A stretch of 64,000 bases of DNA from the NCBI GenBank assembly GCA_013239625.1, contig MU054323.1:7553220-7617219 (forward strand), written 5' to 3'. This document shows positions 25,723 to 38,554 of this stretch, piece by piece (within the stretch, counting starts at the first letter, position 1; every line of letters begins with the position of its first letter). A program made the position numbers and the translations under genes. The notes under the pieces were generated by a model. That model saw nothing but the letters and a program-made list of their open reading frames with translations, was not told the origin of the DNA and made no database searches. This stretch comes from Lama guanicoe (lineage: Eukaryota).

Positions 25723-26903
25723 GTCAGTTTCCCTTGTTTCCAATCTCAGTGGCTTCCTTCACTGCCTCTCCTCTTTTGAACTTGGGGAGCCTGGAACCCC
25801 TCTGCTCTCTGGCGCCTTCCCAGGTAGCTTTAAGCTGCCCAGAAAAAATGAAAAGGCAGAAACACTGCACCTTTGCCTCCTAGTGGTGAAGCATGCCCAA
25901 CTGCAGGTACAGACAATACATTACTTTGTCGGTTTATGAGTCAGGGTTTAGGTTTCGTTTACAAATACATATCTGAGTCATGAGCAATATATCACTGTAA
26001 CTAGAGTCTATTACTTATTATTCGTCATTAAATACTATACAGTAGAAAAATTAGAAGTCATCATTAAATATATCGCGTTCATTTGGTCTGCAGACTGACA
26101 AGAACACTAACTCTGTATATTTCACCTCATGTTCATCTGCTTATAAATGTTGGGAGCTGATGACTGAGAACAGCAAGAGACCCCTGGGTAGTGCAGCCTG
26201 GACTTCTTAAGCCCAGAGATATTATAACGTCCTGGACTGGAGTACAGACCAGGGAACCATGGAGACCTGGAGAGGTGTAACTCTGAAGGTGATCCAGGAG
26301 GGATCCAGATAACTGAGAGGCGGACGCCCCTGCTGTTTTTCAGGAAGGCTGAAAAATGGGAGCTGAAAGTAGATTCAGCAGCTGCCCAATGCGGCATTCA
26401 TTACAGCTCCCCGAACATCTGTTCTGAGTTCTGACTGGAGAGCAACTCTTTCAGAGGCAGGATGGGCCCAGCTGAGAGGAAGTGGGACCCAGAGGTCAGA
26501 CGCGCCCGGGGAGGGGTGGCGTGCAGGTAGCTTATGGAGTGGACCCAGCAGCAGGTGAGAGGGCAAGGCCCACATGTGCGGGGAGGGGCGGGGCTGAGGA
26601 GCCAGGAGACGCTGCAGGTTGGTGGGAGTCACTTCAAGTAGTCACCTGGTGAGTCCGCTCACAGCCGGCAGCGCAACCGTGGTCATGATGCAGAGGTTGT
26701 GACCCACATTCCAGCAGGCGGTGTCATGGGGCTCTGTGAGCCAGTAGCGCAGTCCAGCCAGGACTGGGGCGGGTGGGGAAGCCGGGCAGAGCTCCATCTC
26801 CTGAGAACGAGGCAGAGAGCACTGGTGGGACCCAGCTGCAGCATCGGGAACAGGTTCCAGCTGGAAAACAGTCTTGTTTTCCAGTCCTGGGCTATGTCCT
26901 AAG

Positions 26904-27078
26904 GCAGTGTGTCTCATGTCCGCTGACCACGGTGTCAGGATAACTGGCGGACTTATCAAGAATGCTGATTCCTAGGCCTCACCCCAGACCTTCCATTCCA
27001 GAGGTGGGGATTAAGAACCTGCATTTCCAGCACTCCTCCTCAAGAGGGCTCGTTTCACACTGAAGTCTGAGAATCACA
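26904..27078. mobile_element. MER5A-like DNA transposon
   Basis: cagtgtgtctca...aatgctgattcctaggcctcaccccagac...tgagaatcacag. Confidence 0.75.
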
Positions 27079-28959
27079 GACCTGTAGGATGAGCCCGGGT
27101 GCTTGGGCAGGGCCAAGTGCTGTGGCTGAAATAAGTTGGCACACCACCCACCTCTCATCCCCCAGGTAGAAATGCCAGCGCAGCCATGCTCATCGTGGGG
27201 CCCAATAGACGTCTCACCATTTGGAGACCACTGGGCGCTGGGCACCACTTGACTGATCCAGTGCTAAAGACAGGCTTCAACATTTTTTTCTCTATATATT
27301 TTTCTTTAAAAAATGACAAACATGCATCGATGTATACAGAACCAGGAATAGACTCTGATGAAGTAGGTGAGGGGTTTGTTGTTGGCATTGTATTAGAAGC
27401 CCACCCTTCCAAGGTGCCTGTTACCTCACATGGCAGCAGACACCAGAACCCCTCTCTGTGGTACCCCTCACCAGCCCCCCGTGGGGTACTGCCTTCAACT
27501 AAATGACTTCTGCGAAAATCTAAAATTGCACCAAGTAAGGAAACATTATATTATCTGTGATACACATCAACTCAGTGAATTAGGTAGTCATTGAAAGTAT
27601 TATAAAGTTTGTATAGAAACTTAGGGGAGTATTTATAAAGTGTTATTAAGTAACATGTGTTATGAACTTTAGAAAATACCTACATCATTATAGCTAAAAA
27701 TATGAAAGATAAGATAATATGCAAAAAATAAAACTTGCTCGAGTTGTGATGACCTGTTTCTTAAAAACTTATTTTAAGATGTGCTATCAGTTAATGAAAA
27801 GTTACCTTTCTGCTGTCCTTTTCCTTCTATGAATTACAAGATGATAAACATACTCAGGACTGAAACCTACAATAACTGAACTGTATGTAACTGCTGAATA
27901 TTCACTAAACTTGAAAGGTCAAAAAATATCCCCCGTGACGTCCACAAGAGACAGGCTGGCTGGCAGCTCCGAGCGCAGCCTGTTCTCTGCAGCCAGAGCC
28001 CCAGCTACCCGTTTAAGCAGCTTGTTAATGGCCTGATGCAGATGCAGGTGAAGATGAGCAGCCCCTTAGCAGCTGCCAAGGCAGCAGGCTGGGGGGTGCT
28101 CTACTGACAGCATAGAGGGATAATGTCTGGACTAGGGCGTGTAAAAAGCTCAAGCCCTGACCTTTTATTTGGACAATTTCCGTTTGAGCTGGGCTGTGAG
28201 TTGATTCATGCCTCGTCCCACGCTGTACTCCTGCAGGCTGGATTTCCAGCCTCTGCCAGTATGTGGATGAAGGGAGAAGTAAGCTTGAAAGTGCCAACTT
28301 CCTTTCACAGCCAGTGAGGTGAGAGGAGCTGTGATAACAGCCTATAAATATCATAGGGTGGAAATGCCGGGGGCCGGCCACCCCAGGATGGAATTGCATA
28401 AACAAGTGGTGTTTATACAAAGAAATGCAATCAGACAAACAGTAACCTGAATGTCAAGCTTTCCTACAGTGAACTCAGGGAGACAGCAAAATCATCTTCC
28501 CCTGGGAAAAGAGGGCAGTAGGAGGGAATGCTAGTGCTTGAGGCATAATGAGAGACTTGGAGGACTCTGTGGGAGAGAGGAAGCCAACCCCTATGGGATA
28601 CATGGGGGAACGCCTGTGAACTGGAAGAGCATTAGCACCACCACGATGTTGGGTGTTGTGGGGAGGAGATTGGGAGAAGGTGAAGAAAAGCACCTGCTTC
28701 AGAGGGAAACAATAGGAGGTTCAGTCTCATTGTGATGCTTCCTTTTTCTGCCTTTGGCTCTTCCAATCCCTAGGAATCCTAAAGATATAAAAACTCTATC
28801 ATTGAGTTAATCCCAACCACCGGTCTTAAAGATGGTTCTATAAAATGGAGGTGATTGAGTAAACAAAAGGTTGCTGGCTTACAGATAAAACTTGAAACAG
28901 TGATGCACTGAAATGAAAAATGCACATTGTACATCTAGCTTTAAGGTGATAAGGTCTAT

Positions 28960-29370
28960 TGAGGCTCCTCTTTCTGAGCACAGAGTTGGTAATTTGGGAA
29001 CCTGACAAGAGATGTGCAATGGGATCAAACTTTGAGCACCTGGGAGGATGGTGTTGCCATTCATTGAGACAGGAGGAGCCGCTTTCACACGGAGCAGGAG
29101 ATCAGTGTCTGAGGTTAAGTCTGAGATGCCACATCCAAGCAGAGATGCTGAATAGGCAGTTAGACATGCGTGGAGTATGGGAGAGAGGTCCAGGCCGGGG
29201 GTATGCATCTGAGCTGCAGACAGTGTTACAGACGTGAGACTAAATGAAATCACTAACAGAGCAAGTAAAGGGAAGAGCCTGGAGCCCGGAGCCCGGAGGC
29301 AGCACACAGACTGGAAAGCAGCTGCCACATGGATAAAAGGAGAAGCAACCCTCAACACAAGACCGTAAGA
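28960..29370 (-). mobile_element. L2 fragment
   Basis: tttgagcacctgggaggatggtgttgccattcattgaga...catccaagcagagatgctgaataggcagttagac. Confidence 0.75.
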
Positions 29371-30051
29371 AAAGTCCCAAAGATATAAGGTCAACAATAA
29401 TAACAGCTTACTAGGTGCCGGGCTCTGTGCCAAGGTCTGTACAGATACATACTCTAATTTAGTCCTCATCAAACCACGTTAGCAATTTAAAAATACCAAT
29501 GAATGGAACAATTCCAAGGCATCATTACACAGACCAAAATAAATAAAAATGAAACTCTGTTTAAATGCAGCTGTGGGAAAACCCCATTGCCCTGAAATGT
29601 GGCTGGTGACACTTTAGCCAGAGAGGAATCTGGTGGCAGTGTAACCAGAGCTCTAAACTCAGCACACTTTTGACCTCATTTAAGGAGGAAAAGATAACTC
29701 ACGTTTGTTCCTTGTAGCTCTATCAATAAGCATAAAAAAAAACTGGAAATGGCCCAAGTCATTGCAAAACATGCTGTGAGACATTAACCTGAAGGAATGG
29801 CCACTGAACCATTAAAAAAAATGACAAGTATGTGGACGCCGTTGATGCAGGGAATGTGACTTGTCTTGGTTAGGGACTGCTTCCTTCTGAGGACAGAATT
29901 CCAGACGACTCACTTCAGTGAAGGAAAATTTATACTGGGAATACAGAGGTATTTCAGGGCTCCCAAGAGCAACAAATAGAAGCAGGTCCCTGAAAGGACT
30001 GGGATGTGGCCCCAGAAAAGTCATCAGGGATGAGACATTGCATCTGAATGG

Positions 30052-30325
30052 TGACATCATTCTCTCCTTCACCAGACTCAGCCAGGCTCTTCTGGGCCCT
30101 TTCCCAGTGGGGCCTCAAGCTTGGTCTATAAAGACTTGAACAAACACTAACATCATTTCTAACAACTCAAGGCCACGTTCTTAGGATGACCCAGGCTCCA
30201 CTTAAAGTGCCCGCCTGAGAAAACTCAGGGCTGCCAAAGGAATTTACAGTTTGTTCCAGCAACACCTGAAGACAGGGCCCCTTCTCCCAGTCTCTGTGGG
30301 AGGGTGGGAGCCTCACTTTGATAAG
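30052..30325 (+). mobile_element. MER31/MER67-like ERV1 LTR, 5' part
   Basis: tgacatcattctctccttcaccagactcagccaggctc...ctataaagacttgaacaaacactaac...gggagggtgggagcct. Confidence 0.7.
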
Positions 30326-30809
30326 TTAGTTTTTGATTTTTTTTGACAAAAGCCAGAAAAGTTTAGTGATACATACAATATAGATATTTATCAAATTCCC
30401 TTTTCCCTGTAAAATTTCTTGTACTCACTTTAAAAGTACATTTCTGAACAGTTATATAGTGGTTTCCATATCATACATAGAGAGGGAGAAATGTTCAACT
30501 ATCATGGGGTTGTATATTAATAGGGAATAAGACTTAAAAGTTGGATTTAGAATCATCAGAAGAAATTAAAGAAGGCTGAGTGGCTGCCAATTTGAGGCCA
30601 GTAATTCTATGTTTAGAAGGAAATTGTCCCTTATCATACATGGCCAATTTCTGGTCTCCACGGTCCTTTGTGTGTGACACCTACGCACATTCTTTCTCTA
30701 TGAAGTTTGCTGTTATTTTGTTAATGGAGTCACACAAGGGGCAGAAGCACCTGTAACGGAAAGAGAGGCTGGGTGAGGCAGGACTGCAGCTGCGGAACAA
30801 TGCATTTTC

Positions 30810-31125
30810 ACGGCTTCCTCCTCTGCCTGGAACTTGTATTTCTTCTTCTTGTTGAAATTCTCTACACCCTTCAAAGCCTCAATCAGATATTTCTTACATG
30901 GAAGCCACCTCTAATCTGCTAGTCAGAATTAATCCCTGCCCTGTGTTCCTCTGGCAAATCTGATCCTTTATTATGGAATTTTATATATTGTTTTGTAATT
31001 AATTGTGTGCACATCTGTTTTTCCTCAAGGTCAGAAAATATGCTTCAGTACCTGGCTCTCTCGTATCAATACAGTGTGTGGCAAACTGTAGGTGCTCAGT
31101 AAATGCTTGGTGATAGGTTGAATTC
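30810..31125 (+). mobile_element. L2 3' end
   Basis: cctctgcctggaac...gtaggtgctcagtaaatgcttg. Confidence 0.7.
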
Positions 31126-31500
31126 CCTGTGTCTTCCTCACTCCTTTATTCCTTACAGAGCCCTTAACTGGCTGCTGGGGAACAGATACCGGGACTAGTT
31201 CAGGCTGGTCTTTCCAGACCAGTCTAGCCAGTCCAGTTCAGTGCAGTGTCTCTCAACTGAGAGCAGAGAGAGGCAAAGAGGAGAGACTTTAAAACAAGGC
31301 AGGAGGCAGAGGATTAATGTTAGCTGCTGGAGAAAAAGGAGATTAGATTCCTGCTCTCCCATGACCTCGCGCTCTAGAGAACCCCGTCGTTTTTCCCAGC
31401 TTTCCAAATTCGGGCTACTCTGCAATCAGACAGAAGAGATGGAACCAGAATGAGAAGGATTCCTACGTTTTCCCCTCGGAGGTCTAGATGAAAACACGCA

Positions 31501-31966
31501 TGTCTTGGTTTCCTATTGCCACTGTAATAAATTACCAAAACTTGGCTGTTGAAAATAACACATAATGATTCTCTTACAGTCTTAGAGGTCAGATGTCTCA
31601 GATAAGTTTTACAGGGCTGGAGATCAAGGTCTGCAGAGCTATTTTCTTCTGGAGGCTCTAGGAGAGAATTCTCTACCTTTCCGGCTTCTAGAGGCTATGC
31701 TCATTCCTTGACTGGGGGTCCCACCTCACGTAGCCTTTTTCCCCCTCTGTTTCCATCATCCCATCACCTCCCCATTTCAGTCCCCTGCTTCCCTCTTCTA
31801 AGGCCCTTTGTGATGACATTGGGCTCATCCAGATCACCCAGCTCAGGATCCTTAACTCAGTCACACCCACAAAGTCCCTATTCCCGTTTGTCACACAAGG
31901 TAACATTTACATGTTCCAAGGATTAGCGTGTGGACAGCTCAGGGGGCCATTATTCAGCCTGTTACA
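31501..31966 (-). mobile_element. MLT1C/D-like MaLR LTR
   Basis: tgtcttggtttcctattgccactgtaataaattacc...ggggccattattcagcctgttaca. Confidence 0.85.
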
Positions 31967-33799
31967 ACATGCTGAATGTCAAAGTCTTCACCATAACAAG
32001 AAAGCCTGCTTATCCTAAAAGCTCTTCCCTGGGATTTCTAGCCTATTTAACAACTGCAGCAAATCGATGACAGAACTGACTCATTGATCGTTCATGTAAT
32101 TTAACGTTGCTGGGAATTTAACGTTGCTGGGAAAAAATATGACCCAAACCTAGTCCATTGAAAACGTAACAGCTTAAGAGCTAAGTGCCACTGCTGAAAA
32201 GAGGAAGATGAGCATTTAAGGTTCACACTCGAGGACTCCAAGGAATAGAAAGAGAGTATCAATAAAATGAGCTTCACGATACTGTATAGAGCAGTGAGTG
32301 TAACTTGGGAAATTGTAAAGCATTGTGTCAATTTCAGGGGTATGATTATCCCTATGTAGAATGATTGTTATTTGTTTACCTGTAGGTTTCTTTCCCCTGT
32401 TCTCCATTGGAATGTCAACGCCACAAGAGCAGGAGCCTCCTGTGTCTTATGTCCCTAGGGTCTCGAACAAACCTTAGAACACAGTAAATATCGATAAGTA
32501 TCTGAATACATTTTAAAATATATATACGAACTCTCCATTCCTTAAAAAATAAATGAGAATGAAGGACCTAGCATTTGGGTTCCTCTGCATCAGAATTTGA
32601 TTAGTGGAGTAATAGGAAATACTTTTAATATGTAATATATGACATGAGTTCATACTATGAAGAGAAAGGATGTAACAGGTACAGTTGTTTAAAGACCATT
32701 TTCTCTGCAGAATTGAGAGAACATAGTTTGATGTGAAGGTTAGGAGTGCAGAGACTTGTCCTGCCAGGCCCGTGTATCTCCTCTGTCTTAAAGAGCAGCT
32801 CCATCTCAGTGGAGGGGAAGGTGAACCCCATCCCATGTCATTGCTCTGTCTACCGCTTGGTCTTTTCATATCAAGTAGACCTGCTCTCTTGTCTGGGAAG
32901 AACCCACCCCCGTGGCTTACGTCTGGGGGTCCTGACACCAGCCTCCCCTTTTGGACTGTGTTTCTGTTTGATTTTCTATTGGCTCAGCTTACATCTCCCA
33001 AAGCTGACCTGGCTTCTTCCCTGTGGTGGGATTCCTGGTTAAGGAAGATGGAGTCACTGGGCCACATGGCTCTTCCCTGAAGTAAAACATCTTGGCTCCA
33101 ACCATCTCTGCCAGAAATGCTTATATGCTTGGCTTCTCTAACCAGCTAGACTCTTGGTATGTAGCCTCTGGCATCACTCAGGGACACAGTTAATGAGACT
33201 GGTGACCGCACTGCCCAAAGCACAACATCTTTTTAAAGAATGAGAGTTCTAAAAAATGAAAAAGGGTATGTGTAAGAAACACTAGCTTTCTCCAGTAGCC
33301 AGCTGGCATCCTTCCCTGCAAACATATGTATGTGCATATAATTTAACAGGCTTGCTCCCCAACACTATGCCTTCCTCCAGGGGAGAGAGGAGGGCCAGTT
33401 GCCAAGACCCCTGTTTTATCTGATACCAGGCATCCTGCTCAGGCCTCTTTAAAAGGCAGTGATCCACTAAGTGGTCCTGTGCACTGCAGGAGTGATGAGC
33501 ACGCAGCTGGTCTGGGTCCTGCCTCACCTTGTTCATCTCCACAATAGACCTGCATTTTTTGCCTCTGCCTGTTCTTCCCAGGCCAGTCCAGTCCTGCCTG
33601 CTCTTCATCCTGCTATGCCTGCCGCACTCTAGCTTGGCATAACTTTGAGGCTGTTAACTCCAAACCAGGTCCTGTTCATCTGTCCCTCCCCAATCCACAC
33701 AACTGAAAATGTGACCCCCCGCCCCCCGACGCCAAACCATTCAAGGCAATTATAACACATGGAATGCAGGAATGACCATCACCAGCTTCGCTCTGGAAG

Positions 33800-33965
33800 A
33801 GCATGTGTGGAAAGAGTATGGAGCCCTACATAGTTCAAATCTTGGGTTACCATATAGCAGCTTTGTGATTTGAACAAGGCACACAATCTCATAAAACCTC
33901 AGCTTCCTCATTTGTACCATGGAGGTGATACAGGAAGACCCCTCCCCACCATAAGGTGATGGGTG
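33800..33965 (+). mobile_element. MIR
   Basis: gttcaaatcttgg...tttgaacaagg...cctcagcttcctcatttgta. Confidence 0.7.
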
Positions 33966-34767
33966 GGCAAAGGAAGTCAATCTTCTAATCTCCTCATTTT
34001 GAGAGGTAATGGATTTGGGCTCTGGCTATGTGAACCAAGTCACTTCCTGTCTCAGCTGTGGTTTGGTGCTACCTGGGCATTGTTTACTCTGGTTTAAATA
34101 TTGATGGGACAAGTATGGGTCCCGTGGCTGGCTAAAGTTCCCAGGACAGCGGCAATAATTCCAGGAATCTCCCAGTTCCCTGGCAGCCATTGTATCTTTT
34201 GGATCCAGGGAAATGTGGCTGCAAGAATACTGAAGACATAGGGACCAGCTCTCTGCTTCCCTACCTCCTCAGAGAAAGTTGCAGCCCTCCCCACTCTGGT
34301 TGGTAAGAACTTAAGCTCATCCCATTTGAGAACAGAGGCTGGGAGAAGGTCGGGAATTGGGAGTCAAATAACAATGATGCGAATTTGCTTTACTGAAGAG
34401 CTTTACTTTTAATGCCTATTCTGTTAGTGTTGTTGTGAGGATTAGGGTTAACGTTTGAACGTATCTTGGTGCTTGGCATAGTGTTTTCTCCTTAAATGGT
34501 GCACTCCACAAATATTTGCTAAGCATCTATTACGTCCTGGACACTATACCAGGTCCTAGGACTATGGCGGTAAACAAGATACATGCTGTTTCCACCCTTA
34601 TTAAGCTTATAGTTTAGCAGAAATAACAGTTTGGAGCAGCTTGGAAGCTATGAATGTTAAGCTATCATATTTTCCCCCTAAACTATCATCTTTCCCTAAA
34701 CATTTAAACACACTTAAGATCTTCTGTGTGTATTTTGGAACAGAATATTCCATTCCCTTCTCTAAAA

Positions 34768-34983
34768 AAGTGGTTCTCAACCAGGGTTGATTTGACTGCC
34801 CGGGGGACATTTGGCAATGTCTGGAGACATTTTTGTTGTCACAACCTGGCTTTGGGGGGATGCTACTAGCATCTAGTGGCTGGAGGCCAGGGATTCTCCT
34901 AAACATCCTACAGGGCCCAGGGCAGCCTCCAACACCGTCTTACCTGGCCCCCGATTTCAAAGTGCCAAGACTGAGAAACCGTG
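34768..34983 (+). mobile_element. MER20 hAT-Charlie element
   Basis: agtggttctcaaccaggg...ggggacatttggcaatgtctggagacattttt...tgagaaaccgtg. Confidence 0.88.
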
Positions 34984-37269
34984 GTCTGGAAGGGACTTGC
35001 TTGGTCCACAATCTGTTATTTTTGACTACAAAGGGAGAGAAACGTGTCCACCTTACGAGTCTTAGAAAAACTGTCCTTTTCATGCTCTGTGCTTCTTGCC
35101 CGTGTTAGACTAGGCTCTTCCAACTTCTCCATCCAGAAGTACATTCCTCTTGGGAGCAGAGAGAATTGACCTGGGGGTCTGTTTCAGAGTACTCAGCCCT
35201 ATAACTACATTTGGTGAGGTTCTAGCTGACTGATTCTCTTACAGAAGGAAGTTTTCAGATAAAAAGCTCCTGGAAGACCTTGTCTTTTCTACCCTTCAAA
35301 AACCTACAAAATATGCAAATGAGCCACATTATCTCAAGTCCATTGAACCCAAGTTTTCAGTTCATTTGGTTTTCTTTCTTTCTTTTAAAAGTGTTTTAAA
35401 AGCTTGTCTGGACATAATTAATCCAATTTGGTCTTTAGGGCGGTCCGGGCTTCCAGAGTGACTGGTTTTTGATCTGATGGTTTTTTCCACATATGTGCAG
35501 CAAAGCAATAAAATTTTGGACAAACCAGAGGATGCAGAGGAGGGAGGCAAAATAAACTAAAGCCAGAAGGAGAGAGACGGAATGAGGGAGGGAGAAGAAC
35601 CAGGGGAGTGGGGACAGAGCTGTGGGTAACAAGCACAGAAAGAATAGAAATGGCCAGCCTTAACTTTCCTGGCTTCAAGAGCCCTGGTTTCCCACCTCTG
35701 TACTTCTTTGCCTTCTGTACTGCTTTCCAGAAGCATTGCATTGGATTCTAGTCTACTTCTCTCTCCTCCAGCATCTGGGTAGAGGTGGGAGCTCCTGGTC
35801 TCATAGCTGGGTTCTGAAGCAGACCACTGTGTTGAGATATACCCCTCTGAAGAAAAGCCAGGATGTGTTGTGAAATTCAGGGCTATTTTTTTCATGCTCA
35901 TTCACCTTATCCTAGTAGATTGTCAGTCAGTACGTACACTTGTTGATGATGAAGTTTGAATATCCACTAGTCAGTACCAAACACAGGATGTGTGAATCAT
36001 GTCCCCACTCATATGGGCTAGGTGATGATTCAACTTGCGGCGTGAACCCTTTGAATTCTGTATTTCATGTCCCTTTGGCTGAATGAGCTACATGCCTTTT
36101 CTTAGAAATGAGATCTGATTTTAAAATGTGCAAACATCTGATCTGAAATCTGCAAAACACTTTTTTTTTTCCAATGCAGTCTTTTACTTGGAACTTATTT
36201 CAGATGTTAGAGGTGCTGGTACAGACTCTTGGATGTAACAGTTTGTCTGAGCCCACCTGCAGATGTTACGCCTCTCATAAAAGCCATGCACAACAGAAAG
36301 TACCTTAATCAGAATCATTTGTAGTACTTGTAGTTAAAAAAGAACTTTGTGTTCTACGAAGCATCATTCTTCATTTAAAACCTTTTGTTACTGGCTGATG
36401 CCAAGTGTTCCATAGCACTTCCCTAACACACAGAAGACTTTAATAAAAGCTTCGTGAGACTATTTCATTGCTTACACTTGCCTCTGACATATTGGCCTGC
36501 AATAATGAAATTTTTCTTGACCCCAAACCTTAATGGTATAAGTATATGTCTTGACCAAAGTGCCTTTCCTTCTCTTGAATTTCTCTGACTTTGGTTTTCA
36601 ATTCAGCTCGTAGGGATTTGGTGAGAGTTTCATTTAGGGCTTCTTTACGTCATGATATTTAATAAGCTTGCTACGTGCTTTGCACACAGCCTGTGTTGGA
36701 TGGAAGAACTAGGAGAGCTTTGCAGAATAAATAGATCACGCAGCTGACAGTCAGGCTGCATTGTCCATGGAGGGCCTCCCCTTTCTGCCTCTCATCCGGG
36801 CATCTCCAGGACTGAGGGCGCTCTCACCAGGCCAGTCTGTCTCCCGCTTTAAATAGAGTCGTTGTGCCAGAGACAGAAGCAGTCTCACATCGCCATGGTC
36901 TTCCTCGGGGCAGCCCTGACATTCCTGCGTCCGCTAGCTCTGTTAACACTGTCTCCAGGCCCGGAGGTCAGGCCGCTTCCATGGAAGCCCAAGCTAGTGA
37001 GAGGAATGGGGATGACGAGGCCTGAGAATTCTTGGCTCTTTGTTCTTCTGATGGGTGACAGGATAATTAGTCCAAATGAGATGCAGCCTCTCCCAGACTA
37101 TATTTAGTCCAACTGCAGAGCTTTCTTTTCCTCAGAGGAGACTGGGACTCCTCCCTAGTAGCTGGCAGTACCAGAAGGGGAGCGAAATCAAGCAGGCTGG
37201 TCACAGCCCCGCAGGGCGCGCTCTCCCCTGTGCAGAAGCGGGGCTCGTGTCTGGGGTTCAGGAAGTGGG

Positions 37270-37445
37270 GCTCCACTTCCAGCTTGCTACTGACCCACTG
37301 TGACCGTTACCCCCTCTACCCTCAGATTGTTGTATGTTAAAGAAATATGATAATCTCTTCCTCATAGGAGAGTGATGGGGATGAGATGTGATCAGTTTCA
37401 TAAAGCACTTCATGAACTGTAGATGTGTGATACAAATGTAGGTGT
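37270..37445 (+). mobile_element. MIR fragment
   Basis: ctgtgaccg...cctcag...cataaagcacttcatgaactgtagatgtgtgatacaaatg. Confidence 0.55.
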
Positions 37446-37935
37446 TGCCAGAAATAATAGAAGCACCCAGACCGCCCCCTTTCCAAAGGGCCAGCACCCA
37501 CTTAACTCTGACAGGTGAGGCGCTGTCATACTTACGAGGAACGTTTGTCATCATCACCTGTCCCTTCCTCCTCTCTGGGGTCACTGTTTCTCAATCCTTA
37601 AGCACATGGTTAATGCTCAATAAATATTGATTGTGAATATCACTATTTGCAATTAAAATTCTAAAATAGAGAAAAATTAATTAGTAAACAGAAAAGATAC
37701 ACTGTATATTTAGTTGCCTAAAATACATATTTGCAAATAAATTGGGAGGTAATGTTTAAAACAGCATTTTAAAATTTCTAACAAATACACTTAAAAGTGT
37801 ATATAATATTGATATGCCTTTATTTATCCATTCAGCTTTTAAAATGTAATAAGTTTAACATAATTTGACATCAAATTATTTAATATAATTTAAAATTAGA
37901 GTATTTGACTGATCCCTCTTTCTGATAGGACTTTT

Positions 37936-38059
37936 TTGGGGAGTGGGGGTGGGAGGAGGTAATTAGGGTCATTTCTTTATTTTAAGGGCAGTATTGGGAA
38001 CTGAACATGGGACCTCGTGCATGTTAAGCATGCGCTCTACCACTGAGCTATACCCTGCC
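37936..38059 (-). mobile_element. Camelid Vic-1-like SINE
   Basis: gcatgcgctctaccactgagctataccct; perfect 14-bp TSD ctgataggactttt at 37922-37935 and 38060-38073. Confidence 0.9.
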
Positions 38060-38554
38060 CTGATAGGACTTTTAAAAAACTTTCTTCCCCTTCTCATTTT
38101 GTTTGTCCTATTTTCCCATCTCTCAAATGTAAAAGAAATTTTAAAATTACAAATGAAGAATTCTATTTAATTCAACAGAGATTTACTGAACACCTACTAG
38201 GCAGAACTGAAAAGCAAGATTGAAATCTATAGTGTTTTTTTTTTCTTCTCCAACTCACCCCTGCCATAAAATTCCAGTTACAACATACACATGGATGGAC
38301 AACCATTCGATATCCTGTATCTCGGTGTTTTGAAGTTTTCTTTAATCTAATTAACATGTGTAATCCATAGTTATTGGATAGTGATGTACTTTTCCTTCTC
38401 GGTAATTTATCCTCCACCTCCCACACCCCTAAGTCAAGCCTTTCAGTCAAACAAGAGGTTGAAGCTTATTGCTCCAGGAAAGAGAAGGATGGACACTGGC
38501 TAAAACAATGAAATTATGGTTCAGCTTTGTGCTTAAACTAGACTTTTTAAAAGG

